Under the pieces are notes generated by a model. The model searched no databases, was not told the origin of the DNA, and saw only the letters and a list, made by a program, of their open reading frames with translations. Positions 29,141 through 41,500 of a stretch of DNA of 64,000 nucleotides are shown piece by piece. The DNA comes from the human T2T-CHM13v2.0 reference genome, Homo sapiens. The stretch lies in the NCBI RefSeq assembly GCF_009914755.1, contig NC_060937.1; one strand, written 5' to 3'. Position 1 is the first letter of the stretch. The number at the start of each line of letters is the position of its first letter. Both the position numbers and the translations under genes were made by a program.

Positions 29141-29989
29141 CCTAAGTGAATAGAATTCAATATGTTTTTAACGAAATTATGTAGGGGGAGAAAGTCTTAA
29201 ATTACAAATGAAATGCAATCAATAGAACTTCACAATCTATGCTAAATTTGGTGATGGACTAGGTTTAATATATCTCAGACACTGGAAACAACAAGCTAAG
29301 TTTGAAGGAATGGGACTGTATTTGGAGAGTATTTCAATCTTTTCAAGTATGACAGGTCACTCCTGCACCCCAGACCACACTTTCAGGCCCCTTCAAATAA
29401 GGAATATTTCCTAGGTCCTTGCCTGTTCTTCTCAGCTGAATTCACCTCAACCTTCTGAAAGTTCTTCCAAACCTTCCACTATCACCTAGTCTTTGCAAAT
29501 CTTGTGCATTCTAGGGAGTAGAATTAATATTTCCTGAGCGAGGAAAACTGGGATCTTCACCTGCGACCTTTTATCCTCCTCTGAAGCACCAGTGAGAAGT
29601 TAGACCAGAGGGCTGTTCTTTCAAGTGCGCCTCTTATTCATAGGGAACCCTCCCTTTCAAACTTTATAACACACAGTGAAGACTGAAGTACTCTTAAGGC
29701 TGAAGACCATCATCCAGTACCCCATCTCCCTCGCGGAATCAGTGAGTTCCTCCATGGAAACTAGGTCTCGTATAAACTTCCATAAATGCAATCCAGGAGG
29801 ACTAGGCAGGTCACACAGTGAAGGAGGGAACCAGAAACTTCACTTGCTAAATAGACACCAGGAAACCCAACTAATACAAACGCCCAGCTGAAGACTAGAG
29901 GCACACGCATTTCGCACTACTCCTCTGGGAATGGGGAACGTCTCCCGAGAACTGTGTGTTAGCACGGGGACAGATGGGCAAACTGAGCT

Positions 29990-30580
29990 ACATGAGGGTT
30001 GGTAACCGGGTCCCTCAGTGGCAGGACAGGAGCGCGGCCTGCAGACTCCGGGCCCAGGGCCACCAGCCTCGCCTACCCACTCCTGCGCCTCTGGAACCCG
30101 CTTCACTGCTGGGACCCCACGTCTGTCCTCCCAGCCCCCGCCAGGGTCCACGGCCCGCAAATGCACGTCAAGCCCCTCCTGCCCGCGATGCGCCCAAGCG
30201 TCTGCCCCCACAAATGGGGAACACTGGTCTGGCCCCCCGGGATCCCCCGAGGCCCACAGGTTCCTCTTTGCCCTCGCACCTACCCACAGGGACATAGAAC
30301 CAAGCCCCAGGCCTGCTCAGCTACACGACCGCCGCTGGGATCCGCACTTCCGGAGGAAAATGGCGAAGTGGGCGGGGCGGCGCATGCGCAGAGAGAAAAG
30401 CTGGTTCCCAAGGTCCTTGATGGTAACATCATTGGAAGGTGACACTACATTTCCTATGAGGCTCTGCGGTCCCCCGTTAGGAACGCACGCCGGACATTCT
30501 GTTTTGCCCAGCAGTGAGTCCAGTTACCCGGAGACCCGGACTTAATGGATCAGGACTGGTCCCTACCCACGTGACACAGA
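29990..30580. promoter_or_regulatory. CpG-island promoter with ETS/GABPA, YY1, Sp1, NRF1, CCAAT, ZNF143-like and E-box motifs
   Basis: The only CpG-dense non-repeat block in the window. CACTTCCGG 30345-30353; AAAATGGCG 30357-30365; GGGCGGGGC 30370-30378; GCGCATGCGCA 30380-30390; ATTGG 30431-30435; ACTACATTTCC 30444-30454; CACGTGAC 30568-30575. Confidence 0.85.
30284..30361 (-). ncRNA. Non-coding exon 1 of the same transcript (TSS approximate)
   Basis: Donor CCCTGTGG|GTAGGT at 30284/30283, just downstream of the promoter motifs; a 2135-nt intron leads to the 28148 acceptor. Confidence 0.65.
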
Positions 30581-30684
30581 TGTGGCATTCTGGTTCGTTA
30601 TTAAATCCTGGTTTCACAGCCTGGGACATTGTGAAAATAATGGAGAAATTCCAATAGAAAACAATTGGTCTATGCTGTTAATGA

Positions 30685-30983
<299 letters not shown>

Positions 30984-31609
30984 TCAAGTCTATTTTTTAT
31001 AGATGCATTCGAAAGCATGAAAAAAATCATGTCTCTATTTTACTTTAAATTTTTAAAAACACAACTAATGAATATGGTAATTCTCTTCCAATCTGTTATC
31101 TTTTCTCTCACGAAACTAATTTGTGAGCTTTCAATTTACACAGTTAGAAAAAAATGCTCTAGTGTATATACTAGGATAAAATAACAGGGTCATAAGACAA
31201 GTGCACTCCATAATCTTTGTGACAACTTACACTTCCAGTGTCTGATGAACATTTGCCCATAAACTCCCACGTTTCATCCATACATCCATCAATCAAATCT
31301 ACCTATCTTTATTTATTTATTGTGCGAAATACCTGAACTTTGCCTTTCCTTCCCTGATTTCTGCCACAAACTAGGCAAGGAGTTCTGCCTAGGGGTTTTT
31401 CAGAGCTCCGGCTACCACCGAGGTTCCTAACAGGGAAATTGCCAGCTTGAATGCTTGGGGTTGATGTGGGAGTGCGTGTGAAACGGGTGTGGGGTGAAAG
31501 GGCAGTGAACTTTGTAGGTGGGTAGATGGGGGTGTGAAGGGCTTTCAGGTAAGAGGCACAGAGGAAACTGGGAGAGGCAGCGAAAGCACTTCACGCCTCA
31601 GATCACCAG

Positions 31610-31950
31610 AGGATGCTCCCACCAGCACCGTGACAGTTTGCCAGTGCCACGGCAACACAGGAAGTCCCCACCCCTTGCCATGGAAACAGCTGGAAGTTAC
31701 TGCCCATTTCTAGCTATTTCTGAGTAACCCGCCCCTTAATTAGCATGTCATTAAAAGTGAATTATAAAAATGACTACAAGCCACCCCTAGGCTGCTACTC
31801 TGGGAGCACAACCCACAGAGGGCTCCCTGCCCTGCAGGAGCGGACGCAGGGCTGTAACACCGCCAATGTCTCCATAGAGCTGCTTTATTCCACCACAGGC
31901 TTGCTTTTGGATTCCTTCCTGAGCGACGCCAAGAACCTGCCCTTCCTCAG
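31610..31950 (+). mobile_element. ERV1 LTR fragment (MER83/MER84/MER50 group)
   Basis: CCACCAGCACCGTGACAGTTT..GGAAGTTAC..CCCCTTAATTAGCATG..GCTGCTACTCTGGG..GCCAAGAACC. Confidence 0.55.
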
Positions 31951-32919
31951 TGTGACTCTTGCCTAAAATCTATCCCTGGTTTTCTCTTTTCCTAAGCATG
32001 CCCTGACTTGTTCTTTCATCTCCTCTGAACTTGCAATTGCTCCTCAGTGACTCTATTCTGCAGATCCAGAAAACTCAACCTTAATCTTCCCAGAGCCCTG
32101 TTGTCTCCAATATTGGAATATCTAGCCTTGCTTTCTCAGACGCCTAGATTACAGGCCTCTCTCTTGAACACCTATTGGTAAGGTATCCGGGGATCCTTTA
32201 AATACACGATGATTGGCAGGGTTTACATAGGGGAAATCAGTGTCTGACAATTCGCCTTCCAGGATATGGATTGTCATTCCCTCTCTTTGTGGGCCCCAGT
32301 CTCCTATACATAAAAGTAGAGATTGTAATAGTCATTTGACTTGCAGATACCTCACCCCGAACCCACCTACTATAATGTAAAAGCCAAGAATGCAAACCCT
32401 TTCCTCACCCCGTGAAGGTAAAGTCCTCAGAGCCAAGGAGAGAAGGCTCAGGGATGGTACCTAGGTGTTTCCAACACTAACCATGCATTGTAGTTTTTAG
32501 TGTTCAAGTTTAAGCTTCTTATGTTAAAGTTACCCCAGCTTTAATTATATTGTAACAAGATTTATTTTTGTAATTCCATTTTTGGATTCTTGATTTCTTG
32601 GTAAAGAAATACAGTTATTTTTGTATACCAATCTTATATAGTGTTACATTCCAAAATTTGTTCATGAGTCCTAACACTTTTTAGTAAATTTCTTATGATT
32701 TTCTAAATGCAAGATCATGTCATCTGTACATAAAGATAACTGTACTTCTTCCTTTCCAATCTAGATGCCGTTTATTTATTTACATTGCCAAGTTGTCCCA
32801 GCTACCACTGTTATCAAGTAAAAGGGTCTCACTACCCAAAGCTCTAGAAGCCAGTAACATGACACTAAGTTTTTGAGAAGAGAAAAACTTTAAAGTCAAA
32901 CCAAAACCTATGGGATACA

Positions 32920-33235
32920 GGCCAGGCGCAGTGGCTCATGCCTGTAATCCCAGCACTTTGGGAGGCCGAGTTGGGTGGATCACAAGGTCAGGAGATCGAG
33001 ACCATCCTGGCTAACACGGTGAAACCCCGTCTCTACTAAAAATACAAAAAACAAAAATTAGCTGGGCATGGTGGCGGGCACCTGTAGTCCCAGCTACTCG
33101 GCTGAGGCAGGAGAATGGCATGAACCCAGAAGGCAGAGCTTGTAGTAAGCCAAGATTGCACCACTGCACTCCAGCCTGGGCAACAGAGAGAGACTCCGTC
33201 TCCAAAAATAAACAAAAACAAAAAAACAAAAAACA
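32920..33235 (+). mobile_element. Alu (AluY-like) with TSD
   Basis: TSD AAACCTATGGGATACA on both sides. Confidence 0.95.
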
Positions 33236-33658
33236 AACCTATGGGATACAGTAAAAACAGTACTAAGGAGTAAGTTTATAGCAAAAAGCACCTACATCAA
33301 AAAAAGTAGAAAAACTTCAAATAAACAACCTAATAATGCATCTTAAATAGTTAGAAAAGCAAGAGCAAACCAAAACCAAAATTAGTAGAAGGAAACATAA
33401 CAAAGATCAGAGCAGAAATAAATGAAATTGAAATTTAAAAATATAAAATATCAATGAAATGAAAAGTTAATATTTTTTTAAAAGACCAACAAAATCAACA
33501 AACATTTAGCCAGACTAAGAGAAAAGAGAGAAGACTCAAATACATAAAACCAGAGATTAAAAAGGAGACACTGCAACTGATACTGCAGAAATTCAAGTAA
33601 TCATTAGAAACTATTATGACCAACTATATTCCAATAAATTGAAAAACCTGCAAGTCAT

Positions 33659-33935
33659 GGCCAGGCACCGTGGCTCATGCCTGTAATCCCAACACTTTGG
33701 GAAGCCAAGGCAGGTGATCACCTGAGATCAGGAGTTCAAGACCAGCCTGGCCAACATGGTGAAACCCCATCTCTACTAAAAATACAAAAATTAGCCAGGC
33801 ATGGTGGTGTGCACCTGTACTCCCAGCTACTCCAGAGGCTGAGGCAGGAGAATAGCGTGAACCTGGGAGGCAGAAGTTGCAGTGAGCTGAGATTGTACCA
33901 AGCTCCATCCTGGGTGACAGAGCAAGACTCCATCT

Positions 33936-33970
<35 letters not shown>
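33659..33970 (+). mobile_element. Alu (AluS) with long pure A-tail
   Basis: About 34 uninterrupted A at 33937-33970. Confidence 0.95.
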
Positions 33971-33972
<2 letters not shown>

Positions 33973-35346
33973 ACAACCAAACCACAAACCTAGAAGAACT
34001 GGATAAATGAGATTGAACCCATAATAAAACATCTCCTAGCAAAGAAAAACCTGGATCCAATGGCTTCACTGATTAATTTTACCAAACATTGAAGGAAGAA
34101 TTACTATCAATCCTACTCAAACTATTCCAAAAAACAGAGAAGTCTGTAATATTTCCAAAATCATTCTATGTAAAAGACCATTCATCGTGTCTAAGTGGGA
34201 TTCATCCCAAGGATGCCAACATGGTTCAACATATGCAAATCAATCAATGTGACACATCATATCAACAGAATGAAGGACAAAAAACATATGATAATTTCAA
34301 TTGATGCTGAAAAGCATTTAATAAAATCCAATTTCCCTGTGATAAAAAGAAACCCCCCAAAAAACTAGATTTAGAAGGAACATACCACAACACAATAAAA
34401 ACCATATGCAACAAACCCTCAGCCAGTATCATCCTGAACAGAGATAACCTGAAAGCCTTTCTTCTAAGATCTGGAACAAGGCAAGAATGTCCACTTCCAA
34501 CAATGTTACTCAACATAGTACTGGAAGTCCTAGCTAGAGCAATCAAGAAAATTGAAAAACAGTAAAGGGCATCCAAATTGAAAGAAGTAAAATTATTATT
34601 GTTTTCTTGTTTGCAGGTGATTTGATCTTATATTTGGAAAAACCTAAGAACTCCACCAAAAAACTATCAGAACTGATCAACAAATTCAGTCACATGATAC
34701 AAAATCAAAATGCAAAAATCAGTAACATTTCTAAGTGCCAAAACTGAACAATCTAAAGAAGAAAATCAAGGACGTAATCCCATTTACAATAGCTACAAAT
34801 AAAATAAAATATCTAGGAATAAATGTAACAAAAGAAGTGAAAGATCTCTACGATGAAAACTATAGAACACCAATGCAAAAAAATTAAAGAAGACACCAAA
34901 AAAAAATGGAAAGATAGTCCATGTTCATTGATTGGAAGAGTAAATATTGTTAAAATACACATACTTCACAAAGCAATCTACAGACCCAATGCAATCCCTA
35001 TTGAAATACTAATAACATTCTTCACAGAAACAGAAAAAAAATCCTAAAATTTATATGAAATCATAAAAGACCCAGAATACCCAAAGCCATCCGTAGCAAA
35101 AAGAACAAAACTGGAAGAATCACATCACCTGACGTTAAATTATACTACAGAGCAATTGTAAGCTAAACAGCATGGTACTGGCATAAAACAGACACATAGA
35201 CCAATGGAACAGAATACAGAACCCAGAAATAAATCCTCACATTTACAACTAACTCATTTTCAATGAAGGTGCCAAGAATATACATGGGGGAGAGGACAGT
35301 CTCTTCACCAAATTGTGCTGGGAAAACTAGATATTCATTGGCAGAA

Positions 35347-35610
35347 TTTTTTTTTTTTGAGATGGAGTCTAGCTCTGTTGCTCAGGCTGCAGTGCAGTGG
35401 CGCGATCTGGGCTCACTGCAAGCTCCACCTCCCGGGTTCACACCATTCTCCTCCTCAGCCTCCCAAGTAGCTGGGAGTACAAATGCCCCCACCACGCCCA
35501 GCTATTTTTTTTTTTTTTTTGTATTTTTAGTAGAGACGGAGTTTCACCGTGTTAGCCAGGATGTTCTTGATATCCTGCCCTCATGATCTGCCCACCTCAT
35601 CCTCCCAAAG
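35347..35610 (-). mobile_element. 5'-truncated Alu (AluY-like) with TSD
   Basis: TSD TCATTGGCAGAAT on both sides; the Alu head is missing. Confidence 0.9.
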
Positions 35611-36036
35611 TCATTGGCAGAATAATTAAACTAGAACCCTCTCTTGTGCTATATACAAAAATCAAATCCAAATGGGTTAAAGACTTAAATCAAGGACAAG
35701 AAACTACTGAAAGAAAACATTAGGGAAACTCTCCAGGAAATTGGTCTGGGCACAGATTTCTTGAGTAATACTCCAAAAGCTCAGGCAACCAAAGCAAAAA
35801 TGAACAAATGGTATCACATGAAGTTCAAAAGTTTCTGCATAGTAAAGAAAACAATGGACAAAGTGAAAAGACAATCCACAGAATGGAAGAAAATATTTGC
35901 AAACTATATATCTGACAAGGGATTAATAACCAGAATATATAAGGAGTTCAAACAACTCTATAAGAAAAAAACTAATAATCCAATTATTTAAATGGGCAAA
36001 AAATCTGAACAGACATTTCTCAAAAGAAGGCATTCA

Positions 36037-36310
36037 GGTCAGGCGCAGTGGCTCACACCTGTAATTCCAGCATTTTGGGGAGCCAAGACAGTTGGACCAC
36101 TTGAGCCCAGGAGTTCAAGACCAACCTGAAAAACATAGCAAATAATTTAAAAACCTACCTGGGCATGGTGATGCATGCCTGTGGTCCCAGCTACTCAGGA
36201 GGCTGAGGTGGGAGGATTGCTTGAACCCTGGTAGTCATAACTACAGTAAGCCATCATTATACCACTGCACTCCAGCCTGGGTGACAGAGTGAGACACTGT
36301 CTCAAAAAAT
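36037..36310 (+). mobile_element. Alu (AluJ-like)
   Basis: Diverged sense Alu dimer. Confidence 0.9.
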
Positions 36311-36975
36311 GAGCAAAAACAAAAAAGAAGATATATAAATGTCAAATAGGTATATGAAAAGATGCTCAATATCACCGATCATCAGAGAAATTCAAATCAA
36401 AACTACAATAAGATATCATCTTACCCCCATTAAAATGGCTTTTATGCAAAAGACAGGCAATAACAAATGCTTGCAAGAATGTAGGGAAAAGAGAACCCTC
36501 TTACTCTGTTGGTGGGAATGTAAATTAGTACTTTCACTATGGAGAACAATATGGAGGTCCCTCAAAAAATTAAAAATAGAACTATCATATGATACAGCAA
36601 TCCCACTGCTGGGTATATACCCAAGGGAGGGAAAATTAGTATATGAAAGAGATATCTGCATTCCCATATTTATTTCAGTACTATTCATAATAGCCAAGAT
36701 TTGGAAGCAACCTAAGTGTGCATCAACAGATGAAGGGATAAAGAAAATGTAGTACATGTACACAATGGAGTACTCTTCAGCCATGAAAAACAATAAGATT
36801 CTGTCACTTGCAACAACGTGGATGGAACTAGGGAACATTATGTTAAGTACAATGAGCCAGGCACAGAAAGACTTTGCATGTTCTCACACATTTGTGGGAG
36901 CTAAAAATTAAAACAATTGAACTCATCAAGATGGAGAGTAGACTGAGAGTTTCCAGAGGCTGGGAAGAGTAGCGG

Positions 36976-37510
36976 TGTTACGGGATCTTTGGAGTGTCAC
37001 TTTTCTGGACAGAAACCTCTATGGCTGGTGGCACCTTTACCTGAGTTTTGCTTGGGCCCCGCCCACTTAGCCTGGCAGGCTGTGCTCAGCTCATGCTACC
37101 AGGTTGGATCCCATGTTTGCCAAGGGAGACTGCGTGGAGTGGCAAGGGGTGTGTGAGCAAGCATGGGGTCTGGCCACTGTGCAGTCAGACTTCCTGGCTG
37201 CTGCAGTGGGGCAGGTAGCTCCAGGTGCCAACATGGGTGCCAGCTCTCCACAAGTCTGTGGCTGGACCATGGGCACCGCAAGCAGCTTCCACAGCTGGCA
37301 CACTGGGAACACAGTGGCACCCGGAAGCTTGGAGATACCAGGAACCACAGGGCCCCAAATAGGGAATCACAGCCCTGGCTCGGGGAGCTCCCAGGTCTGG
37401 GCTTCCCAAAGGGTCACAGCTCTTGTTTCCTTCTCTTTGCCCACAATGTGGCAAGCAAGGGGCATGACTCAGCCCTGTTTGTGTTACAGCTCTTTCAGCC
37501 TCTTCCCTAG
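36976..37510 (-). mobile_element. MER52A-type LTR, 3' part (probable 3' LTR of a minus-strand provirus)
   Basis: TGTTACGGGATCTTTGGAGTGTCACTTTTCTGG is the reverse complement of the LTR end seen at 20753. Confidence 0.85.
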
Positions 37511-38597
37511 GATTTGTCATAATTAATTCTCATATTGTCTTATTTTTTTACATTTGTTTCAACTTCAGAAGATGCATGGATCTAAACACAACATAATGTG
37601 TTAGCTAGCTGCCATATGAATTTCTCCGTGTTTCACCACTATGCAGCCTAAAGTTATTCCGTCATCCATGACTATCCTGGCTAAAGAGTCTAAAGATCTT
37701 TGTTTGGTAGCTATGGCTTCAGCTAGTTCATTCGCTAATTTACCTAGAGTGGTTGACAGATTTCTAATTATACGTTCATGAGAGGTTACTCCCCACCATT
37801 ACAAGTGACTTCTGCCAAACATTGGCCAAAATTCACCTCCTTGGTTTGCAGGTATGGTTTGTCTAATCCTGGAAAGTAATTTCGATGAACTACTTCAGTG
37901 TTCAGAAACATTGGAGTTATAAATAGAAAGAGGAAGAGTCACATAACCTAATTGACAATTATTTCTCATATGCCAGCGGTCAACACATTCATAAGCCCAT
38001 GGGTGGTTGATCCAGGGACCACACAGCGTTCCTGACAGACTCTGAAAGTTAAGGCTTTGGTTTACTGGTAACAGAGACAGGTTAAAGTACATGTCTTCAG
38101 TCTTGAGTAGAGTGTAATCAGTCTCATTTTTTTTTAAGTTTAAGTAGTCCTTCAAAAATACATCTCATTCCTGACAGGATAAAACAAGTTTTAAAAAATA
38201 TATTATATTCAGATTCACTAGGGAACACTTGGAGCCAGGAAATAATTCAGGATTCAGCCCAAATTATAGGCAAATAATAAAAACTCTAAAACAATGATCA
38301 GGGTTGGAATCTAATAGCATATGTCATAGTTTTCTTTTGGAACATAAATTTTCTCTCTAGTCCATCATTTTATCAAAGACAAATCATAGTAGGACCAATT
38401 TTGTATGCAAAATAAGTTTTAGTCTTATCATACCGGGCCTGATTATTTCCATAAAGGGCAGCAAGAATATTTATTGGCCATATAGGCTTCTTAAAATTGG
38501 CTTTGTTGGAAATTTTTAATGAGGAATCTTAGACTTTTAAGAGCCTTGAAGCTAGCCAAGTCAAAGATTTGCATCAGACTGTGTCTGTAATAATTTT

Positions 38598-41500
38598 TTA
38601 ACCTACTTTTTAAAATTATACTTTAAGTTCTGGGGTACATGTGCAGAACGTGCAGGTTTGTTACATAGGTATATATATTCTGCGGTGGTTTGCTGCACCC
38701 ATCAACCCATCACCTATATTAGGCATTTCTCCTAATGCTATCCCTCTCCCTGCCCCCACCCCCTAACAGGCCCCAGTGTGTGATGTTCCCCTCCCTGTGT
38801 CCATGTGTTCTCATTGTTCAACTCCCACTTATGAGTGAGAACATGTGGTGTTTGGTTTTCTGTTCTTGTGTTAGTTTGCTGAGAATGATGGATTCCAGCT
38901 TCTTCCATGTCCCTGCAAAGGACATGAACTCATCGTTTTTTATGGCTGCATAGTATTCCATGGTGTATATGTGCCACATTTTCTTTATTCAATCTATCAT
39001 TGATGGGCATTTGGGTTGGTTCCAAGTCTTTGTTATTGTGAACAGTCCTGCAATAAACATACATGTGCATGTGTCTTTATAGTAGAATGATTTATAATCC
39101 TTTGGGTATATACCCAGTAATGGGATTGCTGGGCCAAACGGTATTTCTAGCTCTAGATCCTTGAGGAATAGCCACACTGTCTTCCACAATGGTTGAACTA
39201 ATTTACACTCCCACCAACAGTGTAAAAGCCTTCCTATTTCTCCACACTCTCTCCAGTATTTGTTGTTTCCTGACTCTTTAATTTTCACCATTCTAACTGG
39301 CATGAGATGTATCTCATTGTGGTTTTGATTTGCATTTCTCTAATGACTAGTGATGATGAGCTTTTTTATAAGTTTGTTGGTTGCATAATTGTCCTCTTTT
39401 GAGAAGTGTCTGTTCACATCCTTTGCCCGCTTTTCAATGGGGTTGTTTTATCTTGCAAATTTGTTTAAGTTCTTTGTAGATTCTGGATATTAGCCCTTTG
39501 TCAGATGGATAGACTGCAAAAATTTTCTCCCATTTTGTAGGTTGCCCGTTCACTCTGATAGTTTCTTTTGCTGTCCAGAAACTCTTTAGTTTAATTAGGT
39601 CCCATTTGTCAATTTTGGCTTTTGTTGCCTTTGTTTTTGGTGTTTTAGTCATGAAGTCTTTGCCCATGCCTATGTCCTGAATGGTATTGCCTAGGTTTTC
39701 CTCTACGGTTTTTATGGCTTTAGGTCTTATGTTTAAGTCTTTAACCCACCTTGAGTTAATTTTTGCATAAGGTGTAAGGAAGGGATCCAGTTTCAGCTTT
39801 CTGCCTATGGCTAGCCAGTTTTCCCAACACCATTTATTAAATAGGGAATCCTTTCCCCAGCGCTCGTTTTTCTCAGGTTTGTCAAAGATCAGATGGTTGT
39901 AGATGTGTGGTGTTATTTCTGAGGCCTCTGTTCTGTTCCTTTGATCTATATATCTGTTTTCGTACCAGTACCATGCTGTTTTGGTTACCATAGCTTGTAG
40001 TATAGTTTGAAGTCAGGTGGTATGATGCTTCCAGCTTTGTTCTTTTTGGTTAGGATTGTCTTGGCTATTCGGGCTCTTTTTTGATTCCATATGAAATTTA
40101 AAGTATATTTTTCCAATTCCGTGGAGAAAGTCAATGGCAGTTTAATGGGGATAGCAGTGAATCTATAAATTACTTTGGGCAGTAGGTCACTTTCACGATA
40201 CTGATTCTTCTTATCTATGAGCATGGAATGATTTTCCATTTGTTTGTGTCCTCTCTTATTTCCTTGAGGAGTGGTTTGTAGTTCTCCTTGAAGAGGTCCT
40301 TCACATCCTTGTAAGTTGTATTCCTAGGTATTTCATTCTTTTTATAGCAATGGTGAATGGGAGTTCACTCACAGTTTGGCTCTCTGTTTGTCTGTTATTG
40401 CTGTATAGGAATGCTTGTGATTTTTGCACATTGATTTTGTATCCTGAAACTTTGCTGAAGTTGCTTATCAGATTAAGGAGATTTTGGGCTGAGATGATGG
40501 GGTTTTCTAAATATACAATCATGTCATCTGCAAAGAGAGGCCATTTGACTTTCTCTTTTCCTAATTGAATACCCTTTATTTCTTTCTCTTGCCTGATTGC
40601 CCTGGCCAGAACTTCCAATACTATGTTGAATAGGAGTAGTGAGAGAGGGTATCCTTGTCTTGTGCTGATTTTCAAAGGGAATGCTTCCAGTTTTTGCACA
40701 TTCAGTATGTTACTGGCTGTGGGTTTGTCATAAATAGCACTTATTATTTTGAGATACGTTCCATCAATACCAGTTTATTGAGAGTTTTTAGCATGAAAGG
40801 TTGTTGAATTTTGTCAAAGGCCCTTTCTGCATCTATTGAGATAATCATGCAGTTTTTGTCATTGGTTCCCTTTATGTGATGGATTACATTTATTGATTTG
40901 CATATGTTGAACCACCCTTGCATCCCAGGGGTGAAGCCGACTTGATCATGGTGGACAAGCTTTTTGATGTGCTGCTGGATTCAGTTTTCCAGTATTTTAT
41001 TCAGGATTTCTGCATCAATGTTCATCAGGGATATTGGTCTAAAGTTTTCTTTTTTTGTTGTGTCCCTGCGAGGTTTTGGTATCAAGGTGATGCTGACCTC
41101 ATAAAATGAGTTAGGGAGGATTCTCTCTTTTTCTATTGTTTGGAATAGTTTCAGAAGGAATGGTACGAGCTCCTCTTTGTACCTCTCGTAGAATTCGGCT
41201 GTGAATCCATCTGGTCCTGGAATTTTTTTGGTTGGTAGGCTATAATTAATGCCTCAATTTCAGAACTTGTTATTGGTCTATTCAGGAATTTCACTTCTTC
41301 CTGGTTTAGTCTTGGTAGTATTCTCTGATGATAATATGCATTTCTGTGGGATCAGTGGTGATATCCCCTTAATCATGTTTTATTGCATCTATTTGATTCT
41401 TCTCTCTTTTCTTCTTTATTAGTCTGGCTAGTGGTCTGATTTGTTGATCTTTTCAAAAAATCAGCTCCTGGATTCATTGATTTTTTGAAGGGTTTTTCGT

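Larger units (their letters stand above)
32900..36975 (+). mobile_element. L1MA-type LINE, ORF2 to 3'UTR, interrupted by four Alus, cut off by an LTR
   Basis: L1 ORF2-like ORFs 34853..35047, 35761..35991 and 36339..36752 (CWWECKLV...IPLLGIYP...WKQPKC). Confidence 0.9.

Noticed and set aside
29840-30545. Overlapping 113-175 aa ORFs on both strands
   Set aside because: Expected from stop-codon scarcity in a GC-rich CpG island; Pro/Arg/Gly-rich with no domain.
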